Positions 37,101-47,432 are shown, counted from the whole stretch's first letter. The stretch: DNA of 63,902 bases, filler included, from Bradymonadales bacterium (GCA_007693605.1; 4 parts of 4 records of this genome joined end to end with filler, not necessarily neighbours in it); one strand, 5' to 3'. Notes: generated by a model not told the origin, from the letters alone. Made by a program: numbers and translations.

Positions 37101-39335
37101 TCATCGCCCGCTTTCTTCGGTGAGTAGTAGCGCCTCTTTTAATTCGTTAAGACGGTCTGATCCTTTCTCATAGATTCCCCAATTTTTATGGGATTCAACT
37201 GCGCCAAAGAAATCTCGATTATAGGTACTCTTCGAGGGATCAATGGTGGCGTTGAGTAAGTTTCTAAGAGTCGAAACTCGGTCCTGACGGGAGACTCCCG
37301 CCTGATCCATTTCTTGGAGAATATTATAAATGGTCTTCATGCCGTTATATCCGAGATTTGTAAGATCCAAGTAATCTTTTAATTCATCACGATTAGGCTG
37401 ACGAGCTTCAAATCCTATTTCATAATGAACAATTAATCCGCGCGGCCAGTCATAGCGAGAATTCGGAATTAAATTTGCTTGCGCCTTAGCCTGATCTATT
37501 CGCCCAGGCAGCTGAGAAAATTGTTCCAAATATTTCTGAAGATGCGGGTCACTCCATGCTCCCCAAGCCAAAGCGGACATCGCATGTTCCATTGAAAATT
37601 TGAACGACTCACCTCCAGCTGATGAGCTGCCAGGTTCTCTCAATGGTGATGCTCTGGTTGAAGCTGGTTCACCGATTGAAAGCCCGGTTAACATGGCCCG
37701 CATTTTTCCTCCTTCAGCTTCAAACTCAGGAGTTCCCAGTTCAGGCATTGAGGGAATTAGGGCGCTTGAACCAAATCTACTTCGCAATTTATCTGCGATC
37801 TGATCTTTTTCCATCAGAGATGCGGCCTGGAGCAGATTATTTCCACGCTGATCTTGAATCTCATTGAAGTTAAAATCAGCTCCCAATCTTTGCTGAATTT
37901 GATTTAAGGTTTTTTCAAGTTCGTTCCAATTTCCTTCAAACAAAAGAGCGAATGCTTTCTCTGTCTGAAGCTGTTTCCATGACCTGCCGCTCTTTGGCGG
38001 CGTTAAAGTTTCCTGTCGACCAGTTTCCGAATTTTCAATATCAGTCAGAATTCTGTTGTAACGCTCAATGAGCTGAGAAGCTTCTACTACTGCATCTGCT
38101 GCCTCTCCTGGCTGAGAATCTCCCGCGGAGGCAGGGTTGATATAGCCTTCAGCCATCAAGCGGTGCTCCTCCAGCATGATTGTAACAAGCCTTCGAGCTT
38201 TTTCGTTTACAGCCGGATCGAAACTCTCCGCCCCATAAAGAGCTCGTTGAATATGCGGATCGAGAAACATTCTAGGCGCCTGTGTTTCGTCGTTGACACC
38301 CATTTGCACAGAAGGCAGCTCTCCTTCCATGGCTAAGATGGCCGCTCGAGCTTGAAGGTTGCTCAGAACCCGGCTGGGCTTCCTCCCCTCAAGAATCGAA
38401 ATTAATCCGTTGATTTCTTTAATGGCGCGTTGATCTGCCGTGACGGCACGTACTTGTACTAAAGCCGATTTAAAATCCTCGGCTCTCTGATCGATGACGA
38501 TTGTTTGAAATTGGCCTTCTAAGCGATCCAAGGCTGACTGAAGTTTTGAAATATCTTGGCTTTGTGTTCCTCGTCGTTCAATTGCATGCAAAAGTGCTTT
38601 CTGAGTTTCAAAATATGCATCACTAATGTCAAAAGATCCAAAAGGAGTTCGAGACGGTTTTCTTGCATAAGCAATTAACCCGTCAACGACAACGTCGGCA
38701 ACGGCTGGATGCCCCGCCATCGGTGGCAGCCATTTGAGGGAATACCAGTCTTCTGATTCTCGCTTAAACCGGCTCTCTCCGAGAATACTCAGATGATATT
38801 GAACGTCTGCTATAGATCGTTGATCTAACAAAGATCGCAGTCTATGCGTTTTAGTTCGAACAGCTTCCGAAAACGTACTTGAATCCGAAATAATAGAATC
38901 CATATCAGCAGAAAGGGCTTCATAGTCCCCAGAAACCAAATAGGCCTTTTTAATAATGTTTTCGATTTCATCTAATCGAGCAATCTGAGCTTGTTCACTG
39001 GGGATCTCATAAATCCCCGTTTTTCGATCGTATGAAAAAAGTTGGAAGCCTAAGGTTCTGGCTGATCTTTCTATTCGGTGCTCATGGGGTGGGGGGAACT
39101 TTATGGTTTCAGTAGCCCCTATTTTTGCAATCGATTTTTTGCATATTTCAACGATCTCCCGCAGCCTCTTATCGCGGATGGTGGAATCTGCAAGCAGGTT
39201 CGAAGAAAATATTGAAAAGGAGGTCAGCACTCCAACAGTACAAACGATGTGTCTTACTATGCTGCCGAATTTTAGAACTCTATCCGCCATAATTTGCCCA
39301 GGAAAGCTAAACCCTTCAAATACCAAGCTTGACAC
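37101..39335 (-). CDS. hypothetical secreted protein
   Basis: 744-aa ORF with N-terminal hydrophobic segment; sigma54 site TGGCATGTAGTTTGC at 39354-39368. Confidence 0.7.
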   Translation of the reverse strand: MSSLVFEGFSFPGQIMADRVLKFGSIVRHIVCTVGVLTSFSIFSSNLLADSTIRDKRLREIVEICKKSIAKIGATETIKFPPPHEHRIERSARTLGFQLFSYDRKTGIYEIPSEQAQIARLDEIENIIKKAYLVSGDYEALSADMDSIISDSSTFSEAVRTKTHRLRSLLDQRSIADVQYHLSILGESRFKRESEDWYSLKWLPPMAGHPAVADVVVDGLIAYARKPSRTPFGSFDISDAYFETQKALLHAIERRGTQSQDISKLQSALDRLEGQFQTIVIDQRAEDFKSALVQVRAVTADQRAIKEINGLISILEGRKPSRVLSNLQARAAILAMEGELPSVQMGVNDETQAPRMFLDPHIQRALYGAESFDPAVNEKARRLVTIMLEEHRLMAEGYINPASAGDSQPGEAADAVVEASQLIERYNRILTDIENSETGRQETLTPPKSGRSWKQLQTEKAFALLFEGNWNELEKTLNQIQQRLGADFNFNEIQDQRGNNLLQAASLMEKDQIADKLRSRFGSSALIPSMPELGTPEFEAEGGKMRAMLTGLSIGEPASTRASPLREPGSSSAGGESFKFSMEHAMSALAWGAWSDPHLQKYLEQFSQLPGRIDQAKAQANLIPNSRYDWPRGLIVHYEIGFEARQPNRDELKDYLDLTNLGYNGMKTIYNILQEMDQAGVSRQDRVSTLRNLLNATIDPSKSTYNRDFFGAVESHKNWGIYEKGSDRLNELKEALLLTEESGR

Positions 39336-39654
39336 CCTTTGCTCTCACTTAAAGCAAACTACATGCCAGAGTGATGGATTGGCCTCGGGGCGCGCCGCGC
39401 CCGGCAAAGCCCGTTCAGCCGACAATGCTAGCACGGAACCTGCGGGTCTGCATTCTTTGCGGCCTTGGAATCGAAACGTTCCTCGAACATCGGGGGCAGG
39501 CTACCGAGGCCATTTGAGATAACAGGCAAGTGTGTCTCTTAGAACCACACTCTCCGTGGCGGCGGGCTCGGCCTTTGAATTGGGTCACGAGCCATGAAAA
39601 GAAGAGGTAGACATCCTTTTTCCCATTTGCTTAGTTCTAGGAGGGAGGCAGTTT

Positions 39655-40059
39655 ATGAGAAAATTGTTTGTTTTTGTGGCCGCAACTATAGGTGGCTTCG
39701 TCTTCATTTCAGGGCACGCAGCTGCAGGACCGAATAGGGTGGACTTGATTCATTCTACGAATGCTGTTTTCGAATTTTGTGGGAAAGATTTGTTTTGTTC
39801 CACGCGGATAAGGATTGGCGGAGTATCCTATGCGTTTCATCCCTCAGCTGTGTTCAAGGGACAAATGAGAGAAATAGAAAAGGCTTACAGGACGTGTGAA
39901 GAGCGGGAATCTGGCGAATACAAGGTTGGAGGGTTCTTTGCAGAGTCTAGGGGGCACAGTCCAGATCCAAGCAGATTACAAGAAGTGTTTCATTTGATCT
40001 TTTTAAATGAAATTACTTTGCCAATATGTCAGGGGATCGCTCCGCTCCCAGGCAACTGA
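39655..40059 (+). CDS. small secreted hypothetical protein
   Basis: GGAGG RBS, signal peptide. Confidence 0.65.
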   Translation: MRKLFVFVAATIGGFVFISGHAAAGPNRVDLIHSTNAVFEFCGKDLFCSTRIRIGGVSYAFHPSAVFKGQMREIEKAYRTCEERESGEYKVGGFFAESRGHSPDPSRLQEVFHLIFLNEITLPICQGIAPLPGN

Positions 40060-40070
40060 GCTAGGCCCAC

Positions 40071-40982
40071 TTAGATCGGGCTAGGTTCGATCGTCCGACC
40101 TTCCAATTTTCTAGTCACGACCGAAGCCGGAGCATCCGTTAGCTCAACAAAAGAATCACAGTCCAAAAAATTGTCTGGGAACAAGGCCAAGCATTGTCCA
40201 ATTGCGCGGACAGAGGGATAAAGAATTCCTTCGATCCCCGCTGAGTGGCAGATTTGACCGAACCATTGAGAATTCGAAGGTACGTTGAGAAAATTCGAGA
40301 AGTATTTAAAATTAGGATCAAGAAGCTGTCCCATTAGATCTTCAAGGGTTGTAATCACTTTCGGTCGTGGAATCTTGAGCTCGTCGGCCATTTGCATTAC
40401 GGCGTCAGAAATTTTAAACTTCTTGATCAGATTCAAAAATCCAGAAAGGTTCTTCTCATTTGTTAGGTCAACAACGTGTTGAAGGTTGCCGGAAACGCCA
40501 AAACAGGAAGGGTTCTCAGGAAGTAGGTTTAACTCGCCTGCAGTTATTCCTTTTTCGACTTCATTGGGGTCACGTTGTAAATATTCGCTTAGTCCCGTGT
40601 TCCTATCGGAAGCGATGTAAAGGCAGTCGAACGGCGTAAACTGAGCATCATCAATTTTTCCAAAATTGAATCGTCCCCCGACGCCTTTTACTGAACCGAC
40701 GGTTGAAAGAGGGTCCGAAGCAAAGCGAGTTGGCACAATCCTTACCCATTCCGAAAACTTGAGCGGCTTACGCTTGTCGGACAGGGCACTCTGAAGATAA
40801 TCAATGATTTTCTCTCGCTGAATCGCCAATTCAAGATCAAGATGTCGGCGAAATTTTTCTAGGTTATCAGCTGCAATTTGGGAATGCCCTGAGTATTCTA
40901 GATATAAACCGCCAGTATGAACCGAGCGACGGTGGGCTTTTTTACCTTTCTTCTTTTTCTTGTGACGTTTCGATTTCGCCAC
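40071..40982 (-). CDS. RES-domain toxin
   Basis: GGRFN, LYIASD...E, SQWFG...GIEGILYPS...LALF. Confidence 0.9.
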   Translation of the reverse strand: MAKSKRHKKKKKGKKAHRRSVHTGGLYLEYSGHSQIAADNLEKFRRHLDLELAIQREKIIDYLQSALSDKRKPLKFSEWVRIVPTRFASDPLSTVGSVKGVGGRFNFGKIDDAQFTPFDCLYIASDRNTGLSEYLQRDPNEVEKGITAGELNLLPENPSCFGVSGNLQHVVDLTNEKNLSGFLNLIKKFKISDAVMQMADELKIPRPKVITTLEDLMGQLLDPNFKYFSNFLNVPSNSQWFGQICHSAGIEGILYPSVRAIGQCLALFPDNFLDCDSFVELTDAPASVVTRKLEGRTIEPSPI

Positions 40983-40985
40983 AGA

Positions 40986-41363
40986 TTACTCGTGGTAACC
41001 TTCACGCATATTATAAATATGCTGAATCAGTTTCTTGAAGCGCCCGTGGCGAATCATGTCTCGAGGGGAAATATTGCCAAGTTGTGGGTTTCTTAACTGA
41101 AACCACAGGTTCACTTTTTTCATATCTCCGTTAAAGGCTTCTGCAACCAGATTGATTGCGTTTCCAAGATCCAAAAGAATCCGTATGAAGTCCCTTGGCA
41201 ACTTAGAGCCCCCACTTTTCAAGGAAGCAACAGGAAAGCGAGTAGCCGAAGCGAAATCCTTATCTGTAAGGTCGACCACTTCTTTTATTTTTGCATACTG
41301 CGGTCGACCGTCCTTAAACAAGTCCAACCGATCAGCTGCGACATTTGAAACTAACTCATTCAT
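40986..41363 (-). CDS. Xre/MbcA/ParS-type antitoxin
   Basis: FNGDMKKVNLWFQLRNPQLGNISPRDMI; directly upstream of the RES gene. Confidence 0.85.
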   Translation of the reverse strand: MNELVSNVAADRLDLFKDGRPQYAKIKEVVDLTDKDFASATRFPVASLKSGGSKLPRDFIRILLDLGNAINLVAEAFNGDMKKVNLWFQLRNPQLGNISPRDMIRHGRFKKLIQHIYNMREGYHE

Positions 41364-41585
41364 TGATTCACCTTTTAATTGAAGCTGGGAACCTCGTCAA
41401 TGCTTATATCTGCTGTTGTTCTGCTATATATCTGCCATATTACCGCTAAATTCGTTTGGTGGCTAGGTCGGGTGCGACGAAAAATTCACTTGAATATTCA
41501 ATTGGTTACGAGACAGTTCTTTAGTTTTCATCAATTTGGGCCATGCTTTCCCTGTCTAAGGCCTAATGAACCGGCGCCGTCTTTT

Positions 41586-41623
41586 GATTAGAGATCTAAT
41601 CGATTAGTATCACGATACTAATC
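41586..41623. promoter_or_regulatory. tandem palindromes upstream of the sigma54 activator
   Basis: GATTAGAGATCTAATC and GATTAGTATC-AC-GATACTAATC. Confidence 0.65.
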
Positions 41624-41668
41624 AAACCCGCTTGCAGAGCGCTCCGTATCGGTCTAGAAGCCGGGCGG

Positions 41669-43207
41669 ATGGAAGCTGCCTGCCGTAATGACGTTGTTGA
41701 GAGTTCGCGCCCCAGCGATTGCCGGGGTAAGCGCCTGAGCGTTCTCATTGTCGATGATGACGCCATGACACGAGATGCTCTCAGTCTGTCTTGTTCGAAC
41801 ATGCCAGGCCTCGATGCAAATGTTCTTGTAGCGTCTACTATAGAAGAGGCTCTCGCGATTTTGTCTACCGACTGTGTGCAAGTCATGCTTCTAGATAAAC
41901 ATCTTGGTCGAGATTCGGGAGGAATGCCTGTCGATGGAATCAGTTTCATCCCCGAGTTTCTAGAGGCTCAACCTGAGCTTCAAATTCTGATCGTTACAGG
42001 CATGAAGAGTTTCTCTGATTGTGTTGAAGCAATGCGCCTCGGTGCATTTGGATATGTGCCTAAGGATACTCCCCAAGATTATTTGGCAGAACAAATCAAG
42101 CGAGCTTGCGAACACTCTATGTTAAAAAATAAACAGATCCGCATCGATAGGGGTGAGCAGAGATCAAGGTCACATATCGAGTTTCCTGGGAATTCTCAGG
42201 CAGTGAAGAAGTTGAGATCGTCACTCGCTGCCGTCGCTGAAACTAGCAGGCCGGTGCTCCTGAATGGGGAAACGGGAACAGGCAAAACAACGGCCGCCAA
42301 GTGGATCCATCAACATCGCGAAAGTCTCTTTAAGGAGAAGGACCAGCCTTTCTTCGCTCTCAATATGGGCGCCCTTCCTTCTAATTTAATTGAGAGTGAG
42401 TTGTATGGTTACGAACGAGGCGCTTTCACCGACGCAAAAAGTGCAAGAGCAGGGTACATAGAGCTGGCAAATGGCGGCACCTTATTCCTCGATGAGATTG
42501 GTGAAGCCTCGCTCGATCTGCAATCGAAACTTTTGAAAATTATTGAAGAAGGAAAGTTCATAAGGATTGGTGGAACGACCGAGCGTAAATCAATTTTCAA
42601 ACTGGTATGCGCGACAAATCGAAATCTTGAGAGAATGGTCGCTGATGGGACATTTCGAGAAGATCTTTATATGAGAATTTCAACCTTCGTCGTGACGATT
42701 CCGAACCTAGTGGATCGAAAAGATGACATGCCAGAAATCATCAAGGCTGTTCTTAAGAAATGCTGCGAAGACAATAGTAGGTTTGTTGCCTATCGAGATC
42801 TTCCAGAAGATCTGATTGCTTACCTTGTGGAGAATCCGCCCAGAGGAAATATCCGGGGTATTGAACAGTTTCTCTCTCGCCTTCTTGTTCACGCTCCTCG
42901 CGATTCTCGAGGCAGGCCGGTCCTTACGAATTGGGCGAGAATTCGGGAGCTTCGAGTTCAAAAGAGCCGTCGTCCTAAAGGCGTAACACCCATTTCGATA
43001 GAGGAGCTCCGCACTCGATCTATTGATTTTCTGGATCCTCAGTTTCCGGGGGCTCCTGCCTTAACAGATGAAATCAATAATTCACTGATGATGAATGTAC
43101 TTGAAAGCACTGGAACTCAACGAGCCGCTGCCCGAGTCCTTGGGATTACCCAAGGACTCATAAGCCAAAGGTTGCAAAAGATAAAAACGAAGGAGGCGAG
43201 GTTATGA
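41669..43207 (+). CDS. NtrC/LuxO-family sigma54-dependent response regulator
   Basis: REC (IVDDD, LLD, PK), GETGTGKT, ESELYG...GAFTDA, LFLDEIGE, FREDLYMR, GNIR, C-terminal HTH. Confidence 0.95.
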   Translation: MEAACRNDVVESSRPSDCRGKRLSVLIVDDDAMTRDALSLSCSNMPGLDANVLVASTIEEALAILSTDCVQVMLLDKHLGRDSGGMPVDGISFIPEFLEAQPELQILIVTGMKSFSDCVEAMRLGAFGYVPKDTPQDYLAEQIKRACEHSMLKNKQIRIDRGEQRSRSHIEFPGNSQAVKKLRSSLAAVAETSRPVLLNGETGTGKTTAAKWIHQHRESLFKEKDQPFFALNMGALPSNLIESELYGYERGAFTDAKSARAGYIELANGGTLFLDEIGEASLDLQSKLLKIIEEGKFIRIGGTTERKSIFKLVCATNRNLERMVADGTFREDLYMRISTFVVTIPNLVDRKDDMPEIIKAVLKKCCEDNSRFVAYRDLPEDLIAYLVENPPRGNIRGIEQFLSRLLVHAPRDSRGRPVLTNWARIRELRVQKSRRPKGVTPISIEELRTRSIDFLDPQFPGAPALTDEINNSLMMNVLESTGTQRAAARVLGITQGLISQRLQKIKTKEARL

Positions 43208-43419
43208 GCGAGTGTACATCTGTAGACGTCAAAGCTCTTTGTCACGATCTACGAAATGTAAAGGCGGCTCTTGAAGCAGGCTTTGCCTACCTTCAAAGTC
43301 CGACTGAGGGAGAAAAGGCTAAGAGTCTATGCGATCAAGGACTACAGCGACTGGACAACATTCTTGATGAATTGCAGAGCTCATTGGATGCTTGCGAGGA
43401 TCAAGGAGAGGTCCAATGA
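43204..43419 (+). CDS. stand-alone HisKA/DHp-like protein
   Basis: ALCHDLRN H-box in a 71-aa helical hairpin; ATGA overlaps on both sides. Confidence 0.65.
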   Translation: MSECTSVDVKALCHDLRNVKAALEAGFAYLQSPTEGEKAKSLCDQGLQRLDNILDELQSSLDACEDQGEVQ

Positions 43420-44354
43420 GTTTTCACAGTCCTACACTGTCGCCCCTAATTTTGAGTGGCCTAAGAAACAAAAAAATCACTGAGTTAGTCCTCCGAACGC
43501 TCGCTGAAGATCTTGCTACTTTCAAAACGCCCAAGGCGAATGAGCTTGCGCAGATAACTATGGAGAAGCTGATGGGAGCTGACGAAAACTATCCGATTGC
43601 TGCAAGAAGTCTCGCCTTAGAAGTCTATCCAAATTGGGAGGGCCAAGATGTTCGGCACCTCTACCATCAGTACAATTGGGAGGTTGAGCGTAAAGGATCG
43701 GCGGCAACAGCAGCAGCGCACGTCACAGGGACAAGTTTGCTGGATATTGGAGGGGGGCCTGGAACTTTTTCTTTAGAGCTACTCAAGATGCGGCCCAGTC
43801 TCAAAATATCGGTGGCTGATATTCACGATTGGAGAAATGAGGATGCTAGGGCAAATCCATCAATTGGGTTTCAGCAAATGTCGATTGGAAAAGCTTTTCC
43901 AATTGCAGATAAGTCTTTTGACACAGGCACGCTTCTTTACGTTCTTCATCACGTTGAATCTGATCACGACGAGTTCCTGAAGGAATGTGCCCGATGTGTG
44001 AAGCAGTGCCTGATTCTATTTGAGGATGTGAAGGTATCTACTACGGACCTTGGAATAAAGAGCCCCGCCTTCACGGCCCGCCCTTTGGAGGCGGATTTTC
44101 TCCGACTAAACCTCTCCGAGCAGGCTGAGTTTATTGCTCTCGTCGACTATATTTGCAATCACATCGCAAGTCGTGAGCTTTCCATGCCAGTGCCGGGCCG
44201 ATACTATGAGCTTCATGAGTTAAGGGAAAAGCTCGTCAGTCTTTTCCCGACAGCAGAAGTAAAAACGTTTTTCCACGGAATCTACGATACGAAGTGCTAT
44301 CCAAACCCTGAGGCCATGTACGTCGTAAAGTTTCAGAATGGGAGGGCGGCATGA
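43416..44354 (+). CDS. class I SAM-dependent methyltransferase
   Basis: LLDIGGGPG, SVADI, SFD...LYVLHHV, ILFED. Confidence 0.9.
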   Translation: MSFHSPTLSPLILSGLRNKKITELVLRTLAEDLATFKTPKANELAQITMEKLMGADENYPIAARSLALEVYPNWEGQDVRHLYHQYNWEVERKGSAATAAAHVTGTSLLDIGGGPGTFSLELLKMRPSLKISVADIHDWRNEDARANPSIGFQQMSIGKAFPIADKSFDTGTLLYVLHHVESDHDEFLKECARCVKQCLILFEDVKVSTTDLGIKSPAFTARPLEADFLRLNLSEQAEFIALVDYICNHIASRELSMPVPGRYYELHELREKLVSLFPTAEVKTFFHGIYDTKCYPNPEAMYVVKFQNGRAA

Positions 44355-45331
44355 GGCGTTCTGTCTTGACGATCATCATTCTGATTTTTGGAGCGGGATT
44401 GAGTTCTGGTCTTACGGCAAAAGAGGGCAAGTCAATTCGTGTGGCGGTTGTCTTGAAGGCTAAGGGCAACGCCTTCTACGACTCGATCCTGGACGGCTTT
44501 CAGGAGAGAGCTGTACATCATGGCCTTAAGACTGTTTTGCATTATGGGGAAAACGAAGACGACTGGGAAGGGCAGATAAAATTCTTGATAGGCAGTCTTG
44601 CAAGTTTCGATGCCGTTGTTTTGGTGCCGAACCGTTCTGAAAAGTTCGAGGAGGTCTTAAAAGAGCTTCACTCATCGGGAAAGCCTGTGGTTATCGTTGA
44701 TACTCCTGTAACCAAGGGTGAGGCGCATGTACTGACAACGATTAGCTCCGACAATCGATTGGGGGGAAGTCTTGCGGGCACCTTTATGTCGAATCAACTT
44801 CGAGTGGAGCCGAGTGAGGAAAACTGCCTCGTTCATTTTTCAGGAAACTCCGAAGCCCAAACACATCAAGACCGAAATCGCGGGTTCTTGGATGTAGTCC
44901 GTCGCGAGCACCCCAAAATGAAAGTTTATACGTTCAACGCTCTATCGGACTTTGAAACGGCTAAATCTATTGCGCTAGAGAATCTTGGGCAGATTCAAAA
45001 GTGCTACGGTGTATTTGCTGGAAGTGACACCATGATTCTCGGAGTCCTTGATGCTTTTGAGTCGAACAATCTTCGAGAGCCCCCAATTCTTGTGGGATAC
45101 GATGCGATTCTTGAAGTCCAAAGAAAAATTTTAGAATCGAAAATCACGGCGAGCGTTCAGCAGTCTCCTGCCGATATGGGCAGAGTCGCCGCGGACTCAA
45201 TTGCTGCGGCCACTCAAGGCGCCGACGTTCAGAAACGACAGATCATTGCTCCTCGCCTGGCGGTCAGGAAGTTTCAGTTGGATCTCTTGGGAGAAAAGGA
45301 GTTGGCCATTGTTTCGCCTAAAATCCCCTAG
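44351..45331 (+). CDS. RbsB/LuxP-class periplasmic binding protein
   Basis: signal peptide, NAFY, PVVIVD, SDNRLGG, RNRGF, VGYD, SVQQSP; no ABC permease nearby. Confidence 0.9.
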   Translation: MRRSVLTIIILIFGAGLSSGLTAKEGKSIRVAVVLKAKGNAFYDSILDGFQERAVHHGLKTVLHYGENEDDWEGQIKFLIGSLASFDAVVLVPNRSEKFEEVLKELHSSGKPVVIVDTPVTKGEAHVLTTISSDNRLGGSLAGTFMSNQLRVEPSEENCLVHFSGNSEAQTHQDRNRGFLDVVRREHPKMKVYTFNALSDFETAKSIALENLGQIQKCYGVFAGSDTMILGVLDAFESNNLREPPILVGYDAILEVQRKILESKITASVQQSPADMGRVAADSIAAATQGADVQKRQIIAPRLAVRKFQLDLLGEKELAIVSPKIP

Positions 45332-47390
45332 ATATAATTCGAAGCCATTCCTTCTTAGAGCGGCGATTCGAAAGTTTGGTATTTTGGCTGCCCTGGGATT
45401 TCTTATGATTGTGGGCTTCATTGGGCTGGTGAGGTACCAGTTAGAGCCTGCGTTTCGTGCTGACATTTATGAGAATCTTCATGCTTCATTTAGTAATGTA
45501 GAGCCGGTACTGGTAACCGCCTTCTTGCAGGGAGATGCCGACAAAGCCAACCTCGTTGTCTCCGATGACTCCTTTCTTCCGAGTGCGAGTTTTAAGGAGG
45601 TTTTCCTGAGATCTGGATTCGGTCCTCCCGAATTCAACTGTGGATCGTCTTTGGAGAAGCTCGCTTGGGGCACATTTTGTCATGAAAATTCCTCCCTCCG
45701 GGCCATGATTCCAATTCGGTCGGCAGACCAGCTTCTTGGCTGGTTACGAATTGAACAAGATGCATCGATGAAAGACTGGCTACCCTACGTTCGAATCATT
45801 CAAGCGATTTGGATAGCATCGCTGTCGTTACTCTTGCTTGCCCTTCTGTTTGTTTTACAGTTCTTGAGGTCGACCATTCTTCCTCTTCGGCGAGCCATCG
45901 AGGACTTGGGACGAGTAGAAACTGCCGAGGATTTCGATTCTGTGATCAAGGATCTGCCGTTCTCGGAGTTGATAGGATTGGCGACTCGGCTTGCATCGAG
46001 GTCTCGGGAGCTGACCGAGACAAAAACTGCTCTCGAAGAAGCTGAACTAAGGGCTCAGTCAGCCCATCTGGCGAGCCAAGTGGCGCACGATCTTCAGTCT
46101 CCAGTGGCGGCTTTGAAGCAGGTTGCCGGAAACATCGACCGTCTTGCCACAGACGACGTGGTGCGATCGATAAAAACATCCGCAAGACGAATTGACCAAA
46201 TTTCACGAGATATTCTTTGCCACTTTCAAGTTGATGGGAAAAGTCAGAGGCCAGGTGTCACATTTGTCTTCCCAGTCATTCAGACAATTGTTGATGAGAT
46301 TAAATTGGCCAAATCAGCTGGGAAGATTGAAATAGAATGCAATATTTCAGATCATTTGATGGGGACTTGGACGTCTCTGTCTGAGTCCGATCTGGGTCGG
46401 TGTCTTTCAAACCTGGTTAACAATTCCATTGATGCTATTCGACGGAAGGGAATGGGTAGCGTTCAGCTCAGTGTGGCTGAGACTGCAAATGAAATGCTGA
46501 TCGTCATTGAAGACACTGGTCTGGGCATGAAGCCAGAGGATCTGAATAAAGTAAGAATCGAGGGCGGCACTCTTCATGAAGGCGGCCACGGATTGGGGCT
46601 TAGTTTTGTAAAGGATGCACTCGAAAGTATAGGCGGCCAACTCCGAATTGACTCGACCTGGATGGAGGGAACCAAAACCACCCTTCATCTGCCAAAGGTC
46701 AGTCGACCAAGCTGGTTTATTGATCGGCTTGAGATCCCATCTGGTTCAAAAATCGTTGTCATTGATGACGACGAAAGTATTTTAGGGGTATGGAAATTGA
46801 AACTTATCGGAATGAACGCGTCCTTTCATTCTAGAATTCCAGAGTCCTTTGACTGCGACTTCTTGATTATCGACCATGAGATTCGTGGAGAGAAAGAAAC
46901 TGGCGCAGAGGTGATCGAGCGACTTCAGTTGGGTCAGAAAGCGATCCTTTCCACATCCTACTTTTTCTCCGCCAGCATTCAAAGAAAGGTTGAGGATTTG
47001 GGTTGTTATCTACTTCCAAAATTTCTGCTCGGAAATTTTGATTTTCAAGTGAAAGCTGGTGAAGGCTCCGAGGAGGACCTGGATTTGGTTTTGATTGATG
47101 ACGATCCGATTTGCCGCAGTACTTGGGAGCTACTGGCCGGGGCAAACGGCAAGCGCATTCTGACGTTCTCCAGCCACTTTGAATTTTTAGAAAAGCCTTT
47201 CAGTCTATCGACGCCGGTTTACGTCGATAAAAATCTTTCCGATGGGCAGTCTGGTTACACAGTGTTGATGGAGCTACATCAAAAAGGCTACCGCAATCTA
47301 TATCTGACCACTGGAGAAGTTCGAGAAGACAAGGCACCACCTGAGTACGTCATTGCGGTTGTTTCGAAAGAGTTTCCGTTAGCAGCGTGA
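45309..47390 (+). CDS. hybrid sensor histidine kinase with two C-terminal REC-like domains
   Basis: 2 TM, QVAHDLQSP, NLVNNSIDA, DTGLG, GHGLGL, VIDDD x2; TTG start after AAGGAG (ORF open from 45201). Confidence 0.9.
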   Translation: MFRLKSPRYNSKPFLLRAAIRKFGILAALGFLMIVGFIGLVRYQLEPAFRADIYENLHASFSNVEPVLVTAFLQGDADKANLVVSDDSFLPSASFKEVFLRSGFGPPEFNCGSSLEKLAWGTFCHENSSLRAMIPIRSADQLLGWLRIEQDASMKDWLPYVRIIQAIWIASLSLLLLALLFVLQFLRSTILPLRRAIEDLGRVETAEDFDSVIKDLPFSELIGLATRLASRSRELTETKTALEEAELRAQSAHLASQVAHDLQSPVAALKQVAGNIDRLATDDVVRSIKTSARRIDQISRDILCHFQVDGKSQRPGVTFVFPVIQTIVDEIKLAKSAGKIEIECNISDHLMGTWTSLSESDLGRCLSNLVNNSIDAIRRKGMGSVQLSVAETANEMLIVIEDTGLGMKPEDLNKVRIEGGTLHEGGHGLGLSFVKDALESIGGQLRIDSTWMEGTKTTLHLPKVSRPSWFIDRLEIPSGSKIVVIDDDESILGVWKLKLIGMNASFHSRIPESFDCDFLIIDHEIRGEKETGAEVIERLQLGQKAILSTSYFFSASIQRKVEDLGCYLLPKFLLGNFDFQVKAGEGSEEDLDLVLIDDDPICRSTWELLAGANGKRILTFSSHFEFLEKPFSLSTPVYVDKNLSDGQSGYTVLMELHQKGYRNLYLTTGEVREDKAPPEYVIAVVSKEFPLAA

Positions 47391-47400
47391 ACCGAAAACT

Positions 47401-47432
47401 GAATTCTCCTCAGCTTGGGGGAAGGAGAATTC
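47401..47432. terminator. hairpin between convergent genes
   Basis: GAATTCTCCT...AGGAGAATTC. Confidence 0.5.
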
